The position numbers and the translations under genes were made by a program. From NCBI GenBank assembly GCA_964016885.1, contig OZ024764.1, forward strand, positions 20,088,001 through 20,152,000: a DNA stretch of 64,000 nt, read 5' to 3'. This stretch comes from Eledone cirrhosa. Taxonomy: Eukaryota. Below the pieces are notes generated by a model that saw only the letters and a program-made list of their open reading frames with translations, had not been told where the DNA came from and searched no databases. How positions within the stretch are numbered: position 1 is the stretch's first letter; every line of letters starts with the position of its first letter. This document shows positions 53,812 through 64,000 of the stretch, piece after piece.

Positions 53812-54276
53812 TTATTGTTTGTGCAATAAGATATTTGCAGATCTGTACTTGGTCTGCTCTTTAGCCAACTCGGTACGTTTAGAAGCTCTACGCTCGGCTT
53901 GCTTTTGAGATATAATAGCTGAATTTGCAGATCTATACTTGGCCTGCTTGTTTGCCAACTCATACCGTTTTGAACATCTATACTTGGCCTGTTTTTGTGT
54001 TAATTTAGCAAAATTCACAGCTCTATAATCAGCCTGTTTTTGTCTCAACTTCTCCCGATTCCGCATCCGGTAAGCTGCTTTCACATCCAATTTAATACGC
54101 CCATCTAGATTATTAGCACAGGAATGTGAACAAGCTTGTGGGACCGCATCATTGTAAGTATATGAACTGCCTGCAACATCAAGACCCAATTCACAAGTGC
54201 AGCGTTGCTCATTCACATCGGCAGTGGGGACACCAAAATCAGTGACAGGTCTCGATTCACTCGCGAGATACATCAC
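53812..54276 (-). other. ORF with 14-aa basic helical repeats, probably a TE-derived fragment
   Basis: KQA(K/D)YR..N...L repeated ~5 times with a 42-bp period; resembles low-complexity regions of Helitron/Polinton proteins; family not determinable. Confidence 0.35.
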
Positions 54277-54303
54277 AGCTACACTATATATTTAAACATA
54301 TAT

Positions 54304-54365
54304 ACAGTGATACCTCGCTACTTGGCGGTTCAACTATCGCGGATTCACGATTTCGCGCATTTTTA
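54304..54365 (+). mobile_element. Tigger/pogo-like terminal fragment
   Basis: TA|CAGTGATACCTCGCTACTTGGCGG..TATCGCGGATTC; no partner TIR seen. Confidence 0.5.
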
Positions 54366-54771
54366 GAATATATATATGAACACCTAAAATTTTTCATTAA
54401 ATCCATTAAAATATTAATAATAAACACAGTTCTAATCATACGCTATATATATATATATATATATATATAAATATAAGTAATTAATACCGTATAAATGGTA
54501 CAAAGACTGTTTATGTAAAATGTATTTCTCAACAGAGTATTGAATACTTAGGAGAAATTCAAAACGAAGAGTGATAAAATTTCAAGCAAAGAGTTTAATT
54601 AGGTAATGACTTACAAATTTGTTTCAGTATATAGACAAAGCCTGAAGCGTTAATTATAATAATTAGTTAATAATATTACAAAATATATTAATATTATATT
54701 AAATATATACTGAAACAAATTTGTAAGTCATTACCTAATTAAACTCTTTGCTTGAAATGTTATCATTCTTC

Positions 54772-54799
<28 letters not shown>

Positions 54800-54807
<8 letters not shown>

Positions 54808-55149
54808 AAGGTTTAGCAAATAATGAAAAAGTTTCAAAATAAATTTTAAAAAATTGACTTTACCTACTATAGTTACCTTTACCGATCGGTAAACCTGTTT
54901 CTACATCATCCACTCTCATCACAGGAACAGTTTTGATAGCGCTAGTTTGTGATTTAAATTCAGGAATTTTATATTCTTTGAATGAAAAGAACCTTCTGAC
55001 GAGAATCTCTCTTTGCAACGAAGGCCGTATGGTCTCCGTTTTATTTTTGGGATTCGAAACCGATCGGTAAAGGTAACTATAGTAGGTAAAGTCAATTTTT
55101 TAAAATTTATTTTGAAACTTTTTCATTATTTGCTAAACCTTGTTTATAT
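54800..55149 (+). mobile_element. Penelope-like solo pseudo-LTR with inverted partial copy
   Basis: ~90-bp inverted repeat 54800-54890 / 55059-55149 next to (TA)n; contains a hammerhead motif. Confidence 0.7.
54991..55074 (+). ncRNA. Type I hammerhead ribozyme (minimal, palindromic stem III)
   Basis: Stem I acctt/aaggt; core CTGACGA; stem II gaatctc/gggattc; GAAA; stem III ACC-GATC-GGT; GUA triplet at 55067-55069. Confidence 0.85.
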
Positions 55150-55254
55150 TTGTTCTGGCTCGTTAATTTATTAACCCGCCATTGAACCACACTGGCATTT
55201 GGTTGGACAATAGATGCGTACCCTGGCGCCTTGTGCGTGAAGGAACATATTTCC

Positions 55255-55288
<34 letters not shown>

Positions 55289-55335
55289 AATGAATAATAA
55301 CAGGTAGACATCATAAAAAGGTAGTTTATTCCGTG

Positions 55336-55447
55336 TGCTTACAAGTGTTTCCACGGTGGTACTGCAGCCTAGTTCCGCTACGTGCAAATTCACAAGTATT
55401 TGCAGAACTCGAATATCCAATGCTGTGACCACTGTTTCCTCAGAGCA
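55336..55447 (-). ncRNA. Hammerhead-like motif, inverted copy
   Basis: Reverse complement of 58201-58312. Confidence 0.55.
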
Positions 55448-56099
55448 GAATGGTAAATATACAATGTAAAAACCCTTAAGTGGGGTTGTTGGGGAAGATA
55501 GAGTGGAACAAGAAGAGAGAAAAGTAGGGAAGATGGAGAGAGAAGGAAAGATATGCAGGGGTTGGAGAAGTAGGAGAGAGTGGCTTGTAGATATCTTAAT
55601 CAAAATGATATGGTAGGGGTTTTATTAGTTACTTTTGGAGAGATGCGTAGATAGTTGAGGTCGGAATTATTTATTGCCCCAGAGGTCAAGTTCATAGATG
55701 TTGAGAGGGAGGTAGGTCAAAGGTGAGAGAGAGAGAGTGTAATGGATGTAGAGAGAGATATATAGGTAGAGAGGGGACAGATAAAGTATATGTGGTGAGT
55801 GAACTTTTGGTTTTGTAGTAGTAATCTAGGAATTGTACTGAGTTACCATGTATAGTGATAAGCAGTGTATTGTCTTGTAGTGTGGGGGAGAAGAGAAGGT
55901 TGTTAGCTAGAAAGTGGTGTTGTAGTTACGGGTTCGAATGTTAAGTTATTTTATAGTGAGAGAATTTAGCTTTTAGTTTGTGGTTGCAGTATAATGATCG
56001 TTCAATTCTATCGTTAAGTAGTTTGTTTTGGGATTTTAGTATGTAAAATAGCTCAAGGTTACATAACCTGCAGTACTTCAAACCACTCCGATATGCATT

Positions 56100-57707
56100 A
56101 AGAATAAATCTAAGTTTATACAATTTGACATAGACGAATACTACTCTTCCATCTCACCAAGCACTTTACGTAAGGCCCTATCGTTTGCTAAGGCCAATTC
56201 CGACCTAACGGAGGAAGAAATTAATATTATTCTCGAGGCTAGAAAAACCATTATTAAATTCGATAACTGCTACTGGGAACGTAAGGACAGACCCACAAAT
56301 TTCGATATTACCATGGGTTCCAACGACTCGGCGGAGGTCACGGATCTCGTGGGAATTTACATAGCCCACATATTACATAGTAGATTTAGTAATCTACAGG
56401 GGGGGGGGGGATATATAGAGATGACGGGCTCTTATTAGTTAATAACTTGAATAACCAAAATCTTGAAAGGCTACGGAAAAATATTAGAAAATCTTTTAGT
56501 GAACTGGGCCTAAAAATAACATACGAATACAATCTTAAGGTAGTAAACTTTCTGGACGTAACTCTTAATTTAAATACCGGACAGATACGACCCTTCCACA
56601 AGGTAAATGAGAACCTTACGTATATTAACTTTAACTCTAACCACCCACTCTCCATGATCAAATCAGTTCCCCGGAGTATTTCTCTTAGAATCTCTCGCCT
56701 ATCGTCTAACTCTGATATTTTTAGCGAACATGCTGAATACTACAATAATGCATTAAGGAATGCTGACCACCGGGATACAATAAAATACATCGATAGTAAT
56801 TTCCACAACACACATAGCTCTACACGTAATCAAGGTATACGTAACCGGGGGACTAAAACACAAGCACACACACACTATACTACCAGACATACTAATAATA
56901 GAAGTTCACCACCAAATAAATCACGTTGTAGAAAGTATATCTGGTATAATCCTATTTTTAATGCCTCGATTAGTACAAAACTATCTCTTTCATTCTTCAA
57001 ATTAATCAATAAACACTTCCCTAGTTCCCATAAGTACAGCAAAATTCTGAACTCCAAAACTATTAGACTATCATACTCCACGGCACCAAACCTTGAAGCA
57101 TACATAAAAAAAACTTAACTTAAGGCAATTAAACAACTCTACAAAACAAAACATTTTAGTAACAGGTGGGCAGAACGCAATATCTGCCTCCCAACCACTA
57201 AATGGGAGACGGATATTGCACAACCCACCTGTACCGCTATCACAACCTATCCATGGTATACCCGCTACCCACAACAAAGCATGTAACTGCCATCTACCTG
57301 AAAGATGTCCATTGCGGAATGAATGCCTAAAGTCCAACATTGTTTACCAATGCACGGTTGAATCGGACGACCAGAAATGGTATTATATCGGATCTACCAC
57401 CACATCGTTTAAATCTCGCTGGTACCGTCATCGATTCTCAATCAAACATCAGAATCACCGTTTTGTGACCACGCTCGCCAACAAGACCTGGCAACTCCGT
57501 GAACACAACCAACAGTTCACCTTAAAATGGGATATACTTTCCAGCGCAAATGCATATCGGAGTGGTTTGAAGTACTGCAGGTTATGTAACCTTGAGCTAT
57601 TTTACATACTAAAATCCAAAAACAAACTACTTAACGATAGAATTGAACGATCATTATACTGCAACCACAAACTAAAAGCTAAATTCTCTCACTATAAAAT
57701 AACTTAA
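56100..57707 (+). pseudogene. PLE reverse transcriptase plus GIY-YIG endonuclease, frameshifted
   Basis: FDITMGSNDSAE, IYRDDGL, VNFLDVTLNL, SNHP, IWYNP.F, CNC..CPL..C..IVY..YIGST..FK.R..H, CRLCNLE. Confidence 0.9.
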
Positions 57708-58200
57708 CATTCGAACCCGTAACTACAACACCACTTTCTAGCTAACAACCTTCTCTTCTCCCCCACACTACAAGACAATACACTGCTTATCACTATACAT
57801 GGTAACTCAGTACAATTCCTAGATTACTACTACAAAACCAAAAGTTCACTCACCACATATACTTTATCTGTCCCCTCTCTACCTATATATCTCTCTCTAC
57901 ATCCATTACACTCTCTCTCTCTCACCTTTGACCTACCTCCCTCTCAACATCTATGAACTTGACCTCTGGGGCAATAAATAATTCCGACCTCAACTATCTA
58001 CGCATCTCTCCAAAAGTAACTAATAAAACCCCTACCATATCATTTTGATTAAGATATCTACAAGCCACTCTCTCCTACTTCTCCAACCCCTGCATATCTT
58101 TCCTTCTCTCTCCATCTTCCCTACTTTTCTCTCTTCTTGTTCCACTCTATCTTCCCCAACAACCCCACTTAAGGGTTTTTACATTGTATATTTACCATTC

Positions 58201-58312
58201 TGCTCTGAGGAAACAGTGGTCACAGCATTGGATATTCGAGTTCTGCAAATACTTGTGAATTTGCACGTAGCGGAACTAGGCTGCAGTACCACCGTGGAAA
58301 CACTTGTAAGCA
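58201..58312 (+). ncRNA. Type I hammerhead-like motif in the PLE pseudo-LTR
   Basis: tgct-CTGAGGA-long stem II (acagtggt/accaccgt, nested tgcaaat/atttgca)-GAAA-cacttg-TA-agca; first pair of stem II mismatched. Confidence 0.6.
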
Positions 58313-58504
58313 CACGGAATAAACTACCTTTTTATGATGTCTACCTGTTATTATTCATTCTTTATATACACTCCGGAATACTGAAGGATCAGGAACTAAG
58401 TTTCTTGAACAATTCTTCCATAACTCGTAGAGTAACCTCTTACCGTACGTCAACCATATCCAGTGTAGTAATTAACCATCACTGCATCTTGGATAATCCT
58501 ATAC

Positions 58505-58555
<51 letters not shown>

Positions 58556-59340
58556 GGAGAGAGAGATTTATCTAGTCCTTCGCTCAAGATTAATCTATAA
58601 GGTTGGATGTCTGCCTTCGTTTAAGTAAATATTACAGTAAGATTTTTAATATAAACAACTACAAAAAACAATTAATATTAAAACGAAAAAATTATCAATG
58701 ATAAAAGAAGCGGATGCAACTTTTTTTTTTATAAAGTTATATTCCTGTTTCTTTAAAGAACATTTCATTTTTGTTCTATTGTAGGCGAAATAATGCAATG
58801 GTTTAATAGGGAAGATATAACTTACCAATTATGTCTCTAACCGTGTAACGCTTTTTAAGTAGATAACTACAATTGAAAATACTAAAGAAATGGAACCAAC
58901 AATTCAATTTGAAAGTCGTCTACTTATAGTGACAGTGTATTACTGGTACTTTATTTTATCGATCCCGTAACGATGAAAGGCAAATGCTTAAAATTTAAAT
59001 TGCCTTAATTCTATCGTCTGCTGTTTCATTAAAGGGAGATTCTCGTCTGTATTTAATTCTATCGTCTACTGTTCCACTAAACAGATATACCTCCACTATC
59101 GTCTCTATTTATACATTTTAACTTATAACTTATACACATTTGATTTGAAATATTTTATCTAGTCCCCCCTCTCAATATTATGATGATTTCTTTCGAATGA
59201 AACAGTTCTAGTCCTGTAGAAGCCATTTATATATATAATTGAACTGAGTTAAAAATTCACAATATTTATAATTAAATAAGCTCATATATATATATGTGTG
59301 TATTTATCTGTTTATTGTATTATATATAATGTGTGTATAT

Positions 59341-59440
59341 ACAGGATGTCCCCCCAAAATATATACACACTTCAACATCATTCTAATAACTATTGCCTGT
59401 ACAGGTAATCAAAGTGTCAATCGAATGTTAGTTTCGTGTT
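59341..59440 (+). mobile_element. Tc1/mariner-like terminal fragment
   Basis: TA|CAGGATGTCCCCCAAAA..TATACACACTT; partner end not seen. Confidence 0.45.
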
Positions 59441-59594
59441 TTAACAGTACAAATTTACAATACACACATAAAACCAGTGTATATACATACATGAGTGTGT
59501 ATACACATACATGAATGTGTATATACAATATATATGTATATATATATATAGACACATATATTCACGGTGCAACAGAACATTAAAATATAGATGC

Positions 59595-59900
59595 GGGAGG
59601 GGGGTGTATATATATAGGGGCGCTGGGGATAAAGGAGTGTAAAGCGTGTGTAATTGATATATTGAAGGAGAGGAGCGTGCAGCGATAGAGTAACAAATAT
59701 ATAGAGAGGGGGAGAGATGGTATTGAAGGGGAGGAGTGTAAAGCGAAAGAGTAAGAGAGATATATATAGAGCCGGAACAGATAGAGAGAAACAGGCGTAA
59801 GTAACAGTGGAAGAGATATATATAGAGGGGGAAATGTGTTATTGAAGGGGAGGAGTGTAAAGCGAAAGCGTAAGATATATATATAGAGAGGGGGAATAGT
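59595..59900. repeat. Purine-rich imperfect minisatellite
   Basis: atatatagagggg...tattgaaggggaggagtgtaaagcg recurring. Confidence 0.65.
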
Positions 59901-60354
59901 ATATAGATATATAGATATATATATATATATATATATATATCAACACTTACTCTGATTGGTTGAAAATTAGCCAATGACATACGATCACCACCACCACGGC
60001 TATCCCGGGAAAATTTATGAAGAAGTTAGGCATATATGTTATTATTATTATGTTATTATATATATAATATGTTATGTTATAATGTTATAGAACACGAAAA
60101 GTGAACATTCTGTTGTTTCACACTTTTCGTGTTCTAACAGATATACATACAGACACACATATACACACCCACACATATATATATAAGAGAAAATAATCAC
60201 ACACGCAATACTAATTAACACCATATCACTATAGAGACCTGTTGTAAATAAACAAAGAGTGTATCGTAAATTTCATTGTAAAAAAAACAAAAAACACATT
60301 AACTTGTCAGAAAACCTAGTTTCATATTCGAGGACGTAAAACTTAACCTATGCC

Positions 60355-62344
60355 CTTAGCTGTTCTATTTTAATTACATTTACTGATTTCAACTTTCATT
60401 TTTTTTATTACAAACTTTACATAATTTAATTCCGTAAAAAGATTTTACGTTACAAAAAAACCTTGAAGCATGCGCAGTGGTGCAGTTGTCGACTTCCTGT
60501 CCACGTGTTAGTCTTCCTACAACATCATTTAGACAACATTTCTGTAAATACTAAACACCTGAGACTATAATGTAAGTATTATGTCTATTAATATTGTAGA
60601 TTTAAGCTCACTTTTCACATCACAAATATATATTTTCTTGTTTGTTTCATTACTGGAAATATAAAATGTTATCGTAATTATCTATATTTTACCTACCTCT
60701 AATTAATTAAAGTGAAAACTTTTGTTGTTCCTGAAAAATAAATTAACAAAACTAAATATTTAAATATTCTAAAGGTCGTTTTTATATTATGTGATGATAT
60801 AATTAATATATTTTATTACAATTGTATAAATTGACAGTAGAATAACGTAAATATGTTTTAAATATATACATAAATAACATAAGTGTGTAAATAACATTAT
60901 AAATTGCTGGCAATTCCTTGAGAAAGACATTACAAATATATTGTCTCAACTGTGTATAATAATACAATTTATTGAACAATAATGATAAAGGAAAGAAAAA
61001 CACAGTGGGAGATGGCAATTGACCACCAAGTGTGATAATAGGTCACACCTCACACCTTAGGGGTTAACTACACACTTTGAGGCAAGCCAACACACTGGCA
61101 GCATTACTAAGGTGTTGAAATAACCAGGTACCCTCACGGGTATCACCTGGTACCTCAGTAAGGCGAGGCTAAGGTGCTGAAATAACCAGGTACCCTCACG
61201 GGTATCACCTAACACCTCGGTAAGGTGAGGCTAGGGATCTGCAATAACCAGGTACCCTCACGGGTATCACCTGACACCTCGGTAAGGTGAGTCTAAGGGG
61301 CTGAAATAACCAGGTACCCTCACGGGTATCACCTGACACCTTGGTAAGGTGAGTCTAAGGGGCTGAAATAACCAGGTACCCTCACGGAAACGACTAGATT
61401 TGTAGAAAAAGTAGGGTGAAAGTATACGAAGAGATGTAGTTTCACAGATCTACTCACACCTCACGTTGGGTGGGAAATAATTATTTTTCTTAGATTTTTT
61501 TCTAGACCCCTTTTCAATATTTTCTCTGAACCCCTTAGATACTTGCAATAGACGTTTTATTCCCCAGTATTAGGGTTAGGGTTTCCGTTTTCAGGAAGAA
61601 AAGTCGATTGCAAACATCTAAGAGGTCGAGAAATAAAATTAAGGAAAGATAATTATTTCCCAGCCAACTGGAGAAGTGTGTAGCTCTTCTAAACTCTGAT
61701 AATCCTGTCTCCCACTTCTTTATCTACAAATCTAGTCGTTTCCTGCTACTTTGAAGGCCCTATTTATTGATAACACCACTTGTAAATCTTTGTCAACTTT
61801 TCATACGTAAATTGTGAATCAGTTATTTTTAAACAAACTATCAAAGAAGTAATCTCACAGTAACTGTGTTTGATTCAATCAACTTATTCCCCCCAAACAT
61901 TGTCGACCTTGTGTCTAAATCAGAAACTATTATAAGATCTTAAATCAACCTCGTAAAGATGAAGGGCAAAGCTAACCTCGGCGGGATTTCAACCCATTAT
62001 GTTATGAGTTCAAATCCCACCAAAGTTAACTTTGTCTTTCATTCTAAAGGAGTGGATAAATTAAAGTTCCAGTAATCTACTGGGGTCTGAGATATTAAGG
62101 TTTGAGTAGATTCTATCTTTTTGTGTGTTTGTATTTATAATCTTACTAGAAACCCTGTGACCTGTTGGGTCACGTTCCCTTTAAAAATAATATTTAAATA
62201 ATTAAAATGTACACAGACATGTATATATTGTAAAATGAAATTAGTAGGCCCATGTATATATATATATATATATGCGTGTGTGTGTATATATATATATGCG
62301 TGTGTGTGTATATATATATATGCGTGTGTGTGTATATATATATA

Positions 62345-62376
<32 letters not shown>

Positions 62377-64000
62377 CACACACGTCACTTGTTATAATTT
62401 TATAACTTTGTTCAACAGCACCACCAGCTATCATTAGACACCATGGGGCAGATTTATAACACCTGTGGGAGAAGCGTGTTGTTTCATGCCAGCGAGACCT
62501 GGGCCATGTTATCTGACTGTCTGAATTGACTCTGAAGAAATGACAGAGCTATGATCCACTGGATATGTAGTGTGACCATTGAGGATGATGTCAGCTCAAC
62601 TGAGCTCCTAAAATAACTGCTGATCGACAACCTCAAGGATGTGTTTCACAGGAGACACATGCACTGGTATGGCCATGTTGTGCATTCTCTCTCAACTCAT
62701 CTATGCTTGGTCGTTGATGCACATTGACATTGCACATCCAACGGAGCATACTTGCTTCATTTCTCTCCAGCCATCGCATATCCTCCACAGTTGCTGTCCA
62801 TGTCTCACTACCGTGCAGCATCACACATCTCACGCAGGCATCACCAGCCATTTGTTCTTAGGGAGAAACCCTTCTTTGTCAACAGAGCAAGCAGCTCCCT
62901 AAACGTCTTCCAACCCGTCCTTATTCTAGATACTATGGCCTCTGAGCACCCTCCTCCCATGCTAATTTGATCACCTAGATACCGGAAGCTATCAACCACT
63001 TGTATAGAACCTATCTGCATTTAAAAAATGTGTCTATCAATGCGACTTCTACTGTCAAATTTCCCTGTACCTCTACTGCATATGTAGTTTTCCCTACCTG
63101 TTAGTTTGCCTGCTATCCCACTACATTTCTTGTGTACCCAAAATCTGCATTGTGTACATTATAGAATTTATGCCAGTTCCTTTTCTACATATTGAACAAG
63201 GCCATTTCCCTGATGGAATGACAGTTTTGTCCTCTTTTCTACTCAACACTTGTCTTAGTTAGGTTCACTCTCAGTCCTCTTGCTTCCAACTGCTGTTTCC
63301 ATAGCCAGAATTTATGCTCTAGCTCCGCTACTGATTCTGCTATAAGAACCACATCGTCAGCCTAGAGAAGTTCCCATGGGCAGCCAGTCTTAAACTCCTC
63401 TTTTATGGCTTGGAGGCCTATAATGAACAAGGGCGGGCTGAGGACCGACCCTGATGTACTCCTACTTGTATCTGGAATTCCTTATTAAACTCCATTCCTA
63501 CCCTCACTTTACTGACACCACCTCTGTACATAGCTTGCATTGTCCTCACAAACTATTCCTCTACACCTAGTTTCCTTAGGGACCACCAGATGACAGATTG
63601 GGGTACTCTATCAAAGGCCTTTTCTAGGTGAACAAAAGCTAAGTATAGTGGTTTATTCTTCTCTAAGAACCTCTCTAGTAGTTGTCTCACTAAGAAGAGG
63701 GCATCTGTTTGACCCTTTCTCTAAGTTGCGCTAGTATTCTTTCTGTCACTTTCATAACCTGATCCATCAGTTTTATGCCCATATAATTACTCCTCTCCAG
63801 AACATCCCCTTTACTTTTACCTCAATTTATGAGAATACTGCTGCACCAGTCTTTGGGTATGACACCACCATATATAGCTTGATTAATGATGCATGCAACC
63901 AGTTTACTTCCTACATCCCCTGATGCCTTCAGCATCTCAGCAACTATCCCCAACAGTCCAGCAGACCTCCATTTTTCCTTTCCTTAATTAGTCTTGGACC
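60355..64000 (+). repeat. Duplication block: Merlin derivative copy 5 (promoter 60445-60577; ~5 x 62-bp repeats), MITE 61386-61743, SINE pieces, Helitron end, RTE fragments
   Basis: Collinear with 12963-14730 and then 17255-18810; continues past the window end. Confidence 0.9.

Larger units (their letters stand above)
55279..58508 (+). mobile_element. Penelope-like element (C-terminal GIY-YIG; Nematis-like by motif recall), 5'-truncated, with inverted 3' copy
   Basis: 55279-56099 is the reverse complement of 57549-58368 (one mismatch seen); flanked by (TA)n; extra tail at 58369-58508. Confidence 0.9.

Noticed and set aside
58045-58539. ORF duplicated at 55163-55603
   Set aside because: Lies in the PLE pseudo-LTR; duplication is explained by the inversion; no recognisable domain.

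Overview
AT-rich animal genomic DNA, most likely an octopus or other coleoid cephalopod (inference from the [11 protein letters not shown]-type tandem C2H2 genes and the RTE/SINE repertoire). The window is part of a tandem C2H2 zinc-finger gene cluster built from 4-5 imperfect copies of one segmental-duplication unit. Two copies carry single-coding-exon ZNF ORFs (21904-23187, 15 fingers; 35442-36539, 13 fingers), and a degenerate ZNF exon is present three times. Each copy begins with a Merlin (IS1595/ISXO2-like) DNA-transposon derivative holding a compact NRF1/ETS/E-box promoter-like module and a splice donor; only the first copy keeps transposase sequence. The rest is nested TEs: a near full-length RTE LINE, a Gypsy element at a duplication junction, maT, Tigger, hAT, piggyBac and Merlin-like MITEs, Helitrons, CRE and CR1 fragments, tRNA-derived SINEs, and Penelope-like elements with inverted pseudo-LTRs and type I hammerhead ribozyme motifs. 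Coordinates were read by eye (plus or minus a few bp, more for fragments); no database searches were run.
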